64,000 bases of DNA, from the NCBI GenBank assembly GCA_050273025.1, contig CP158635.1, positions 17,670,001 through 17,734,000 of the forward strand, given 5' to 3'. Positions 27,465 to 41,194 of this stretch are shown here, piece after piece. A program made the position numbers and the translations under genes. The number at the start of each line of letters is the position of its first letter. Positions within the stretch are counted from its first letter, which is position 1. The notes below the pieces were generated by a model that was not told the origin of the DNA, ran no database searches, and worked only from the letters and a program-made list of their open reading frames with translations. This DNA is from Cenococcum geophilum (taxonomy: Eukaryota).

Positions 27465-27740
27465 AGGTAGCACAGACAGGTAGGCACAAACAGGGAGATG
27501 CTGACGGGTAGGCAGATGCAGACAGGCAAGCAGATGCAGACAGGTAGGCAGATGCTGACGGGTAGGCAGATATAGATAGGTAGGCAGATGCAAACAGGTA
27601 GGTGATGTAGACGGTAGGCAATGCAGACAGGTAGGTAGGTAGGTAGGTAGGCGATGCAGACGGTAGGCAATGTAGATAGGTAGGCAATGCAGGCAGGTAG
27701 GTAGATAGGTAGGTAGGTAAGTCAATAGGTAGATAGGTAG
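27465..27740. repeat. ~18-bp GGTAGGCAGATGCAGACA array decaying into (GGTA)n
   Basis: Tandem array directly visible. Confidence 0.9.
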
Positions 27741-29487
27741 AAGAGAACCATCGCTATATTATATTAAATTATCTAAAATATTATTATTTATTTTGCTAGC
27801 CTTATAAATAGCTTTAAAGTAGCTTTTATTTATTTAAAATATGCTATTAGTATAAAAGAGGTAAATATAACTGTGGTTGCCAAATGCGCAGATTGCTGGC
27901 AGGTTGCGCGCAGGCTGCGTGTCAAAAAAACACGACATAGGCTAGTCGGTCGAGTTGCCAAATGCCCTCAACTGCGCACCAATTGCGTCAACCACCAGCC
28001 ATTGAGGCCATTAGTAGGGTACTATATTTTGCCGATATAAGGGCAGACTTCCCCGCCCTAGAGCTTAAGCTTAACTCTAATTACTATGCCTATAACTGTC
28101 TCCTATAGCATATTCCTAACTATAACTAAGTAGTACTACGCGGACGTATTATATGGCCAACGCTTAGATACCATTAGCTAATAGTAAAAAAGGTGCCTAA
28201 TACCGGTAAGCTAATATACGTAGTAAACTAAGCAGGGATTCTAGAAGACTGGATTACTACTTTATCTCCTAAAAAATAAACACTACTAGAACTATAAGTC
28301 CCTTATATATACCCGCTTAACCTAGGTTAGCTAATAAGATACCTAACTCTAAGTTATTTACTATACGCATATGCGACCGCATATATAACAGCTAAGGGCG
28401 TTATAATTAAGACTAAAACCAGAGTAATTAAGACCTCCCCCCTATAACGCCTAACCTTATACCTATCTCCCACGCGTACTATATAGGGCCGCCGCCTTAT
28501 CTCTACCCCTCTAGGCTGACTAAGCTGTATTAGTTTAACCGTAGCACTAGAGAACCAAATACGCCCTAACCTAGATAATATTAGATGCACTTATGCCGTT
28601 AATTTTACCTAGTTCTATAAATAAAAAGATATAAAGGTAATAAGGATTTATATAGCGGAGTTAGTAGAACTAGTTGAGTGAAAAGAGCATTAATAGCTGC
28701 TTAAGGAGCTGCCTATAGGCCTAATAAAGGTACTAAACCTATTAGAAAGGTCTTTCCGCTAGCTAGTAGAAGGTAATTATATAATAGATAAAGCCCGCAA
28801 AGCACTACCCCCTTATTTTTATAACTTCCTTAAAATATACTTAAAAATAAAGTCTAAGTTTCTACGCTAAAAGATAGTTAATACTAATATTAAGAAATTT
28901 CTAAAAGGCAAACCAGGATTAACCCGTAAAGATATTTTATAACGCTTACTAAAAGAGTTTCGCGAATATATTAAATACTTCCTCCCTAAAAATATAGATA
29001 AGCTGCCTTCTTACTAACTATAGGACTATAAAATTAAGGTTATACCCGGAAAGTATGCCCTGTATTATAAAAATAGACTACTTTTACCTACTAAACTTAG
29101 TTATATAAAGAAGTAGATTAATAAGATGCTAGATAAGGGTTTTATCCGTAAATTAACCTTACTAGCTGCTGTACTACTCCTCCTTACTGTAAAACCTAGC
29201 GGCGGTATATAAATCTACTATAACTACCAAGGCCTAAATATAGTTACTATTAAGAATTAGTATCTATTGCTACTAGTCCGCGAAATACTTAACGCACTTT
29301 ATAGTGCTAAGTACTTTACTAAGCTTAACGTAATTACTGCGTTTAACTAGATCTAGATTACGGAAGGCTATAAGTAGCTTATAGCATTTATTACCCGGTT
29401 TGGGCTCTATAAAATATTAGTTATACTATTTAGTCTCTATAACGCACCCGCTATATTTTAAAACTATATTAACTATATTTTACACAA

Positions 29488-30644
29488 AAAGGAACACCAA
29501 AATCGAGATCCGACCCATACGGTCCTATGGGGGGTCCTTTCCGTCTCATCTTGTCCGCATGGTCAAGCTGAGAGTGAGGATCTCGTCTGTTACTGATGCA
29601 GCAGCGTTACGTTGTGGCTAGAGGGGGCCTTCGAATACTCAACCCTTGACGCCGTTAGAACAGCAGAGTTTTCACAGGCCTTGGCGCCAAGACCAGTTAA
29701 AAAGACGACTCCATAAAAGCGACCTCTGCACCCCTATGCGGTGGAGCCCGGGAACCTAGCAGCTACTATTAATGTTCCATTTAGATCGTGTTAATAGACT
29801 ACCAGAGCGAACGCAGAGACGTGTATACGGCTGCGCAGCGCCTGCGCAGCGACGTAGTGGTGGTGCAAAGATTTTTTACTAAGGGGTGAGCCTCAGCAAA
29901 AGTTTGAACACTACTACTACGTCTTTAACGTATATATTTGGACATCAAATCGACAAGTATCATTCCTTTGGCGTACCCCCTCCCTCCTATAAATACTATA
30001 TATACCGCATAGCATCTACATATACTTGCAATCCGCGCCCTAAGCGTAGTAGAGGCCCCCTATTTTAATATTATCCGGTAACCTAGGTATCTAGTTATAG
30101 GGACTGGGCCCCCTATTAAATACTAGATTATTTTTTTACACCTAATATATGGGTGTAAGGGCCTAGGTTTAGGCCCTAGGGCAAAAGCGATACTAAGTCA
30201 TATACACCCCGTTGTAGAAACCCTTTAATAGAGGAATGGATAAGAGACCTTAGTATGCAGGCCCAGGCGGAACGCAAATGTTATTATTATCAGGAGATAT
30301 TTATAGGAGACTTGGAAAAGGAGCTAGGGATAGGCACATGACTTAGATAGACAAGCAGCATACAGACGTAGTAAAGATGGTTTAAATGGCAGATGGGGCA
30401 AGATAGGCATTTTAGACACTCCTATGCAAAGGGAGTCTCAAAGCAGTAACCTAACGGTGTTTTTCCTCCCGTTAATATAGTACGGATGCTATCTGGAGTA
30501 TTACCTCTTACGTCTCCTCTGGGGGTTTTTTGTTTACCTAAAAATGGGCTTTTTCTCTATAAATAAGGAGGTTTTTCCCATAGGCATTAGTCCGCGTGTC
30601 CGCATTAGGGGGACCAGGTCGGACGGTAAATTGAATCTTATATA
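29488..30644 (+). mobile_element. SINE-like non-coding retroposon, 1.16 kb, inserted in Gypsy D RT
   Basis: 14-bp TSD TATATTTTACACAA at 29474-29487 and 30645-30658; 3' stem-loop TAGTCCGCG...CGGACGGTAAA and a short simple tail; no coding motifs. Confidence 0.85.
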
Positions 30645-33600
30645 TATATTTTACACAACGCCCTTAATAACTACTGCACTGCGTACCTTAATAATGTCCT
30701 TATCTTCTTAAAAACACGCGCTAAGTATATAAAATATATAAATAAAATCATCTAGAGACTTAGTAATGCTAGACTCTAGATTAATATTAATAAGTTTAAG
30801 TTTTATGCTACTAAAATAAAATACCTTAGCTTAATTATTTTAATTAATAGTATAACTATAGACCCTAAGAAGGTGTAGGCCTTATAGGAATAGAAGGACC
30901 TGACGTTAGTAAAAGAACTATAGTAATTTCTTAGCTTCGCGAACTTCTACTAACAATTTATCTAAGGCTACTTTAAGGTAGTTAAGCCTATAACTAGGCT
31001 ACTAAAGAAGAGCACTAGCTAGTTATAGGGCCCTAACTAAATATAGGCGTTCTAGACCCTAAAAATAGCGTTTACTATAGCACTAGTTCTAGCGTATTAT
31101 AACTATATAAAGAAGACTATAGTAGAGACAGACGCCTTAAACTAGGCTTTAGGTAGAGTACTCTATTAAGCTAATAAAAGTAATAAGCTTAAGCCAGTTA
31201 TATTCTTCTCTACTAAGTACTTAACCCCTAAATATAACTATAAAATATACGATAAGGAGCTCCTAGTAATAGTTAAGGCACTAAAAGAATAGCGCCCTAA
31301 ACTATAAGGAACTAAGTAGCCGTTTAAAATTATTACGGACTATAAGAACTTCCAGACCTTTATAATAATAAAATAATTAAACTAGTGACAAGTCCGCTAG
31401 GCTAAGTTCCTTTCCTAATTTAACTTTATTATTACCTATAGGCCTAACACTAAAGCCATAATCCTAGACGCTCTTAGCCGCCTCCTAGGCGTTATACCTG
31501 CTAATACTAATAATAAACGTCTATAACACCAAAACCGTGTTATTTTACTACTAGAGAAAGTTAACCCTATTATCCTAGAAGAGCTACTAAGCGAATCCTA
31601 AGACTAGAGTATTAAAGACTTTATTGTAGTAATGGACCTAAAGCCTAAGAAAAAACCCCTTAAGGAGCTTATTAAGAATGCCTATATAGAGAATAAACTT
31701 ACTAGAAATATGTTAGCTGCGCTACGCGAATAAGAATACTATAAAGTACGCCGTTAGCCCAAGTAGATTAGGAAGCTACTCCGCTATAATAAATCTAAAT
31801 ATTTAATTGTTAACGGCCTAATCTACTATAGGAATTAAGTATTTGTCCCTAATTTACCTAAACTCTAACTAGAAGTTATACACTGTATATATAGTTTAGG
31901 CCCTACGGGTTACCTAGGCCGCGTTAAGATACTAAACCTCCTTAATTAAACGTATTAGTAGCTAGGTATTTTATAGTTTACGGCTACCTTTATAAGAGAC
32001 TACGCTCTCTACTTCCGCATAAAAACCCTACGCTTAGTACCGCCCGGTTTTCTGAAACTACTAAAACTACTAGTCCGCCTATAAATTAATATCTTTATTA
32101 ACTACGTTATTAACCTGCCTAAATACCTTTATAACGGCAAAATATATAAATATATCTTTATTGTTATTGACCGCCTAATAAAGATAAGACACTTTATTCC
32201 TATTACTAGCTTAAATACTAAGGAGCTTATTAAAGCATTTATCTATACTATCTATAAGTTATATAGCGCTTTAAATACCATTATTTTTAATAGAGGCTCT
32301 TTATTCGTTTCTAACTTTTAGCGTTACCTAAACTAGCGCCTAAAGGTAACCCTAAGCCCTAGCTTTATATAGCACCCTAAAATAGATAGCTAAACTGATA
32401 TTGTTAATGCAGTAATAAATAAGTACCTATATGCCTTTATAAGCTTTACCTAAGATAACTAGGTAGATTAGCTCCCCCTTACTAAGTTTGCTATAAATAA
32501 CTAGGTTAATAAGACTATAGGAATCTCACCGTTCTTTGCCAATTATAGCTATAACCTATATCTGGGCATCGAACCAGTAAGCCCTTAGCTATTAGCCCTA
32601 TCTGTATATATAAAGAAGAAGTACTAATAAGCTAATACTATTGCTAACTACTTTAAGCGCATCTTAACCTAGCTTAAAGCCCTAGCTTATATCTCCTAGT
32701 GACGCTATAAAGATAATACTAATATAAAACGAGACGAAGGTATAATATTTAAAAAGGATAATATAGTTATAGTTAGCCTTAAAAATATAAAGACTAACTA
32801 GCCTAAGAGGAAGTAGGATAATAACTAGGACGGACCTTAGCCCGTCCTAGCTGCCTATGGAGAAGCAGTTATAGTTAACCTCCTAAACTATATCCGTATT
32901 AATAAGTCTTTCTATACTTTAAAAGTCCGCCTTTAGTTCCCTAAAAAGATCTTTAGTTAAGTATATATTAATAAAGAGGAACGCTATAATATTATAGGCA
33001 GAATAGCTAAAGGGGATAATAATAGCAATATTACGGACAAGTGGGAATTTTAAAAAAATTCTTAATATATTATATTAAGTAGAAGTATTATAATAAGGAA
33101 ACCTAGGAACCTAAGAAATCCCTAAAAGGGTACAAGCGCGTATTACTAAAGTTTTATAAATAATACCCTAAGAAGCTAGGACCCTTAGACTAGGCATAAG
33201 ATAAGGAAGAGCCACGCCAATGTAACGGAACCTTGTAGCAAGAACTACGGTGGGCTCGTTATTGGGCTAGGTATATAGGTGAAGCAAATTAAAGTTAACA
33301 ACGTAATAATAACTAGTGGAGTAGTTGCCTAATAAATTAACTCTAATTATATTCTAAGAATTACTATAAGAAAGGAACTATCTAGGTAGGGACTAAAGGT
33401 CCTTAAATATACAACCGTACTCCTATAAAATCCTTCTTATACATAATATACGTATACTCTATCTACTCTATTATAGATTATATAGATTATATAGATTACA
33501 TAGATTACATTATATAACCTTAGTTACTATTCCTTATTATATAGTTCTATTAGCTCTATTCTAGACCGTGCTTATATTAACCAACTAGCTTCTTTTAACT

Positions 33601-34575
33601 CTTCCCTAAGTAGTTATAATATTATACTTAAAGCGTCCGTAACACTATCTCCCTCCTCTCTACCTTCGTCCTTAAAGATTCTTAATATCTATAAGTTATT
33701 TACTAGAGGTATAATGTTTATCTAATTAATTTGGTTAATATTATTACTTATTATACCTAAAGCAATTTCTTCTTCTTTAACTACTCGTCGCGCTCGCACT
33801 GTTGCTGCGATATTATCTCTTAGTAAAATTATACTATCTCTATATTCTTGTTATTTAAAAGAGGGGTTAGTTTATATTGCGTTAGCAAGTCCATCTTTAT
33901 AATAACCGTCCTTTTACTTAGAGTGCACTAAAGCGAATATTCGTTTGTTTTATAATATTCGCTCTATCTCTAATACTAAATATACGCAATCTATTACTCT
34001 TAATAGTTATCTAGTTCCCTAATTAATTTATCTTAGGGTCTTATATTTAATCTGCTGCTACGCGGCTAGATAATAAACTCTCTATTGCTTTAGCGGAACT
34101 ATACTGTTCCTATAACGTAGAACGGGAGGCTACTAATACTTAGCAACAGGCTTTTAAGTCTCGTCTTATAGCGTCCGCTTAGTTAATCCGTCTTAAGAAG
34201 GTTTATAAAAAGGTCCATTTTAAGGAGTAGAAACTTATAGAGTAGGGTCTATAGGAACTTAGTAATAAAAGAACAGATTCTCTCCTAATAGAGAAGGAAA
34301 TAGATCTAAGTAGTTCGGCAACTACTCTTTTTAGGTCCCCTTTAGGTAACTTATTTTTTAGTAATATTTTTTTATTAATACTGCCCAACCTAATCTCTTC
34401 CGATACTCCTATACCTTTCCTATAGTATTCTTTAAATTCTTTAGTAGTTTTTAGGTAGTCTTAGTATAGCCTATCTACTTAACCTTATACCATATTTTAT
34501 TATTAATGTCCTTATAACTAATAATCTTTAAAACTTACTATTTATCTTCTTCTTATCCTCTATATATATCTACTT

Positions 34576-35596
34576 GGCCGTTAAAAACAGATTCTGCACC
34601 TATACGTAGTGACGGCTACGAACCTAGGTCTTCGAAGTTCAGACCTAGAGCTAACGCAGAGACGTTGTATAGCGCGTGCAAGTAGGACCTAGTGGTTGTA
34701 TGCGTTGTGGGGCGTAGTAAAAAGTTTTTATATAGGATGGTGAGATCTCGAAAACCACTACTAACGGTACCCCTTTATAATATAGCCACTAGTTCTCCTA
34801 CTAAGCACCTATATAATCTAACGTAGATAAATAGCTTTTAAAAGCATCCCCTAGCCCCCAATAGAAAGCATTAATAACCTTACATTAACGGATAAATAAG
34901 CGTATAAGTAAACGAACGAATAAGCAAATATACGGCCCCTCCTAACCCCTAGGGCAGTTGCCCGCGGAGCATACGGTTACTTGCCGTTTTTAACTACTAA
35001 ATACTACCTAGCAGCTTAAATTGCGACCCATAGTTTTCCCTATCTCCTTTTAACGGAGTAGTAACCCTTAGAGAGGGCCTAGCTAGGGCCTAGGCATAAA
35101 AGATACCTAAATACACATAATATCCCGCTCGCTTATTAGTATTACGGTAGTTAGAATAGATGAATCCCCCTTACGCCTTTAATGGCTCTAGGGGGGGGGA
35201 GGTAAGGCGTATATAGCAGTGGTCTATATAAGAGATAGTATATAGGGGATGGGCAAGATATGGGATATAAAGAGATAATAAGATATAGTAATCAATTAGT
35301 AAGGCCTAGCTAGGACGTAGTAAACCCTAGCTTTAATAAGCTAGAGAAGGAAGTAGTGGTTTCTAAGGAGTTTAAAACATCTAAGGAGGAAGACGTGCAG
35401 TAGGCCCGTAGGGCCGCTGCTACGTATAAACATGGTAAATTGGGGTTTTTCATCCTACTGAGGCTGCTCATAGGGTATTTCCTCCCCTAACTGCAGGGTT
35501 TTCTTCATGTAAATTACAAGTTTTCCCCCCTATGACGGAGTAGTCTGCGTAGGCTAAGATAGGATCCGTATCAGACGTTAATCAAAGAACTACTAC
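34576..35596 (+). mobile_element. SINE-like non-coding retroposon, 1.02 kb
   Basis: 13-bp TSD TATAT(A/G)TCTACTT at 34563-34575 and 35597-35609; (CTA)n tail; 3' stem-loop TAGTCTGCG...CAGACGTTAA; motif-level similarity to 29700-30640. Confidence 0.85.
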
Positions 35597-37705
35597 TATA
35601 TGTCTACTTTATAAACCAGTGGCTTAATATTCCCGTATATTAGCTTTAATATTATAATATACTATATAGGGTAGATTAATAACACAATGCAATCGCCCGC
35701 TAAAGAAACCTGCGGAATAAGCCTAATAGAGCTCCCACGAGCTCCAGAGGACTATAGAAACCCTTCCTATTAAAACCACACACCCCAATTTGGCGTTAGT
35801 GGAGGTATATATAGTGTTTCCCAATATACAGCCCCTAAAACCGGATCACAATAAATAAATAAACCCCCAACCCTAACCCCAACCACCCTAACTACCCTAA
35901 TTAAACAGCGCGCCTTTTAAGAACGCGTTCTATAAACTATATAAACCGCAGAATAAACCTAGTAGGCACTACAGAAACGATCTCTTAATGTAGACGAGGA
36001 GCGCTCCACTATACTCTCCTTCCTTACTACCGCGATCACAACCCTCCGGACAGCCTTCGCTATGTCGGCGGAGCTTATCTGGACCTAAGGAACCTAGGAG
36101 CAATATGCCTAGGACATAAAGGCAATCCGGACAGATATTGGCGCCCTTAGGAAGGCCGCAACAATGGCTACGAAGAGCAGACCGACGTCTATAGGCCCGC
36201 TGTCATACACACACATCGCTACCACTATACCTATAATGCCCCAAGCCATAAGATAAGTTGCCTATAAACCTATAGAAGTATATAAGATCATAATCCGCAT
36301 AGGCGACGCTGCTAACCGTAAGGAAACCTGAAAGCAGAACAGCTAAGCCCTAGTATATAAACTCTAGGCCGCAGGACCCCTAGACACCCATAGGATATAG
36401 GCCGTAAAGAAGTTATAAAGCAGTGACGTTAGGGCGTATATCACGGATAAAGACGTAAAAGATAGGTTGCTATAAGAAACAGAGTGGATAAAGGTCCTTA
36501 AACGCTCTGCTATACTAGCTGTTCCGCTAGTACTAATAAAGGTTTACGTAGTACCTACGAGCCTTGCTATCTAAGGCCTAGAGGCTAAGCAGATAATAGA
36601 AGATATAATAAAGTAGAACTGTACTATAGCGGGGCTTATAGTAGAAAGGCTGGCGTAGAAAAGGCTAGGAAGAGTCCAAACGGGATAAAAGGTTAAATTG
36701 TTACTTATTATAGGTATATAGTTAAAAGAGTTAGTAAATACGCTATTTAATTAGGGCCTCTTCTTAGGAGGAGACCACTACTTAGTTATAAGGCACGAGA
36801 CAACGTTTTTAGTAACGCAGTGCTTTAAATGCCAAGGCTTTAACTATATAGCTAAGAGTTGTAGGAGAAAAGCTAGATGCGAACGCTGCGCTAGGCAATA
36901 TAATACTAGTAAATATATAGGAGACCTACCTAAAAAGTGTATTAACTGTAAAGCAGACTATAAGGCATAGAATAGGGCGTATAGTGTTAAGCGGACACAG
37001 TAGGAGAAGGCTGCAGTAATTAGGGCCTATACGCCAATACACTACGTAGGCACCCATAAGGCACCTACAAGTAGATAGCAATTATAATTATAGTACAAGA
37101 TCACCACTAAGGAGGTCTTATAATAAGCCAAGAAAAGGAAGCTAAAGGAGATAGTTATGCAAGAGAGCCCCATATAGGCAGAGGAAGCCCCCTAAAAGGT
37201 TGGCTGGCTACGGACTTTTAATTATTCTAAGAAGGAAATGGGCTAGAGGACCCTCTAATTAACACTCTAAATAGCACTATATAATAGTATACACGCCCTA
37301 ATTTAAATCCTAGCAACCTAGGAGCCTCTACTAAATACGGAGTTTAATATAGAGGTAGAAGCAGAAGCCTAAATCCGGAGAGAGGTATTTAAAGGCTCTA
37401 AAACTGCGTTATAAGGAAGCAAACGGACGCCAAAGGGCACTAACTTAGCTAACTTAGAGGCTAGTATAAACCTCTTATATTAGGACACTAGAAAACACTT
37501 ATAATTATATAGTATAACACTAATAATAGTAAGAACGGCGTACTGCTCTACTTTCTATAAGAGGTAGAGTAGGCGGACCCCTAGCTAGATATATTAGCCA
37601 TCCAAGAGCCGTAGCGGAGGGACTAAGGAAATACGATATATACTATAAAATCCTACCACTTAGTATACGCGGGAGTAGGTAATATAAGGGTCTGCTTTTA
37701 TATAA

Positions 37706-38052
37706 TAATAATTCATTGCTTAACGTCCGATTCGGATCCCTATTGGGCCCACGCGGACTACTCCTTATGTACATGTGGGGAGAAAACTCTATTTAAGAAA
37801 ACCCCGTAATCTATCTCCCCGCCTTTTGGGACTCGCCTATGAGGCGCCTGCGAGGCGCCTGCGAGTCACCTGTGGTGCTCTTACTACCTTACTTTTTGAC
37901 CTTCTTAGGAACCACTATTGCCGTACCAAGCCTACGGACGCGCTAGTATCACACACTTTACTCTACCACTGTAGAGTCATCAGGGGGCGCCCGTTGCTCG
38001 CCCCCCCGCCCTCTATTACTATTTCCCTTGCAACCTAGAACTGGTTTAGTAC
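37706..38052 (-). mobile_element. Short, probably 5'-truncated SINE-like retroposon in the LINE endonuclease region
   Basis: 15-bp TSD TCTGCTTTTATATAA at 37691-37705 and 38053-38067; (TTA)n tail; 3' end GGAGTAGTCCGCG...GGATCCGAATCGGACGTTAA resembles 35537-35581. Confidence 0.85.
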
Positions 38053-41000
38053 TCTGCTTTTATATAAATAAGGCTATTAATATAAACAAGTAGGCGCCTA
38101 TATACTACTTAGCGGACGCATACACAATTAAGCTAGAGGGCTGTAAGAGGACTATCTAGATTTATAATATTTATAACCCCTAATAAACGAACAGCAGTAT
38201 CCGTGTACTACCGGAGCTGCTAAGGGCCAAAGGAGAACATATACTGCTAGGTGATTTTAATCTACACTACCCCTTTTAGGGGGGTGTAACAGTAATATGC
38301 GCGGACAACGCGGCGGACGACCTTATCCGCGCTATAGAGGCAGCCGGCCTAAGCCTAGCCACTAAGGCGGGCATGGAGACGTAGGTAAAGGGCATATTAA
38401 GGAGCACGCTAGACCTAGTATTTACCTCCCCCTAGATTACTAATAGGCTGCTATAGAGTTAAAGACAAGACCGCTGGTATATAGGGTCCGACTACTTTCC
38501 TATTATTACGGAGGTGGACGTAGAGACGCTAGAGGGGCCCCCTTTACCTAGAAGACCGCTATAGAAGAAGGCTAATTAGAAGGTAGTGTAGAGTAAGCTA
38601 GAGGGCTAACTCTAGCCCCTATATAGACTCCCGTGCGATATAAGAGATAAACTAAACACACTAGTAGAGGCCATATACTAAGCAATTAAGAACACTATAG
38701 TAAAAATAGTACCTAACACGTAGACCTCGCCGCAAGCCTCTAAAGTATGGTTAGAGGAATATATAGAAGTGGTAAAAGAAACCTAATAGGCCTTCTAGGC
38801 GTGGAAGGTCTCTTAATTAGTGCCTAACTAAATTAACTACAGAGTCGCACAGAATAAGAAGAAAAGGGTAATCTGATAAGAGGCTAATAAGCTATAAAGG
38901 AGGACCGTTAAAAAGCTAATAAATAACCCTAAAGGGATATAGAGGATAGTAAAATAGGCGCGTATAGCGGACGGGAAGCCAAAGGCCCTACTATAGTTTC
39001 CTCCTATTAGTAGATTAGGAAAGGAGACCCTATACCACAATAATAAGAAGAAGGCTATTATCCTTATAAAGTAGTTCTTCCCGCTACCGGTAAAGGCGGA
39101 CCTTAGCGATATACTAGGGTTTGTATACCCGGAGCCGCGAACAGTAAAGGAAGTAGTTAAGGAGGAGGATATTATTACGGCCTTAAAGGGGCTTGCCCCT
39201 AATAAGGCCCTAGGTCCAAAGAAGATTACTAACTAATTCCTTAAGACGTGCGGAGAGTAGCTAGCCCCAGTACTGGCTAAACTCTTTAGTAGCTGTATAG
39301 CAATTGGACATCACCTAAAACCGTTTAAAGACTCTATTATAGTAGTCCTCCAAAAACTATAGAAGCTATCCTATACCACGGCAAAGGCCTACCGGCTAAT
39401 TGCGCTGCTTAACACCATTAGGAAGCTACTTAAGAGAATAGTAGCTAGCTAATTGTCTAAAATTGCGGAGGAGACGGGTATACTACTAGCTAGTTAGATA
39501 GAAGCAAGGCTAGGGTACTTAACGTAGATAGTACTAGAGCTATTAACCCAACAGGTATATATAGTATAGAGGAGTAACCTAAACCTAGTAGCCTTATTAC
39601 TTAGCTTTAACATTTTTAGGGCCTTTAACCAAGTTTCCTATAAAAGAATAATCTATAATATAAAGGCCCAAGCCGTGCCCTACTAGATAGTATAGTTTAT
39701 AAAGTCCTTCCTTAAGGATTAAACAACGAGGCTCTTAATTAGAGGATATATAGTATAAATAATATAAACAAACACCAGTATACCCTAAGGCTTAGCGCTG
39801 TTACTAATCCTATTCCTCTTTTTTGCCTACACACTCCTACTAGAGCTGTAAGGGGGAACCACTACGGTATTTAAATTTGTTAATAACTCTAATATACTAA
39901 CATATAGTAAGACTACAGAGGAAAACTGTAGAACTATAAAAAGGGCGTATAAGGTATATACGGCGTAGGCACGCCGGCATAGAGTAGTATTTACCCCTAA
40001 AAAGTACTACCTTATCTATTTTATAAGGAGCTATAAGAAGTTTAATATAAAGGCTATAGCTAATATATATAGCTTTACGGAAGGCCTAGTTAGTAACCTA
40101 CGTATATTAGGGGTATAAGTTAACTTAAAGCTTAAATAGGGACCGCACGTTAACATCATTAAGATAAAGGCAATTACCTAAATGGCCATACTAACCTGGC
40201 TTACGGCCTCTATATAGGGCGCCTCCTTTTAAAAGGCGCGGATAATATACTTCGCCGTAATCCGGCTAGCAATCTTATATAGATATAATATCTAGTACTC
40301 ACCACTAGAGTAGATAAAGCCTAAGGAGATAAGTAAAACTAAGCTACGCTAGCTAGGCGTAGTATAGAACCTATACCTCCGCACTATTACGGAGGCGTAT
40401 AAATTAACGCTAATAGTAGTACTAGAGTACGAGACAGGGTTTCCACCGCTTTAGATATACCTTAAAGAGCTAGCTATAGCCTATATAGAAAGGACGTAAG
40501 AAGGACCGGTAAGAGAGTATATTAAAAGGGAGTGCAATACTATATGGGCTATAATAGCCTACTAACTCTGGCCCAGAATAAAGCTACTAATGCGGCCTAC
40601 TAGACGGGATAAGTTTAAGAGGATAGCGGCTGCTATCTTAGGGATAGATATATAGCTAATAAACTTATCTAAAGTGCAATATAAGAGAAGTAGAAGGGCT
40701 AGGGTATAAGAGGCATTTAAAAAGCGGTAGAAAAGGAAATAGGAAAAGTACTAGAGCACGCTTACCCACTATATAATGGCCTAGGCCAAGCCATAAAATA
40801 AGAAAGTCTTTAAACGCTATATAAGGCTTATAAAGGTAGAGAGTATAATTAATACGCTACTTAAAACTAAGTATATAGGGCTCAATAGATACCTCTACTA
40901 CTAAAAAGTACTAGGGTACCTAACCCCGGCCTGCCTATATAGCTATAGCTAACAATTAATAATATATATAGTGGTATTCTGCTCTAGATACGCTACTAGC

Positions 41001-41194
41001 CGAGCGGAAATGTATTACTATATTAGAATATCCTTATATAAAGAGCTCCTAACTAAGCTAAAGGCTACTAAGGTAGTTGCGGACTAGTTTATATAGATAA
41101 ACCTTTTACTACACCTTTTATTTACTAGAGAGCTAGCTAGGATAAAGAAAGAAGGCTAGAAAGTGCTTTAAAGGGCAAAGGATAAATACTACAG

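Larger units (their letters stand above)
18338..28037. mobile_element. Unclassified non-autonomous TIR DNA element, ~1.9 kb core plus nested insertions
   Basis: 14-bp imperfect TIRs CATCGGGAAAATAT (18338) and ATATTTTGCCGATA (28024-28037), flanked by TA on both sides. Removing it rejoins the Gypsy D protease frame (PWLKKHN-RADFP). Subterminal TTGACACGCA repeats on the left recur as CTGCGTGTCAA on the right (~27915). Confidence 0.75.

Noticed and set aside
27026..27725. ORFs over the 20-bp and 18-bp arrays; possible CRISPR-like array
   Set aside because: Head-to-tail tandem repeats with no unique spacers, no cas genes and a eukaryotic context.
29800..30625. Group I intron-like words (GCAGAGAC ... 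TAGTCC) in the SINE-like elements
   Set aside because: The P7 pairing does not fit (GACG vs AGTC), TAGTCC pairs locally with GGAC in the 3' stem-loop, and long TSDs plus tails indicate retroposition.
35867..35900. CCCTAA-like telomeric repeats
   Set aside because: Only two or three degenerate units inside the LINE 5' region; not an array.
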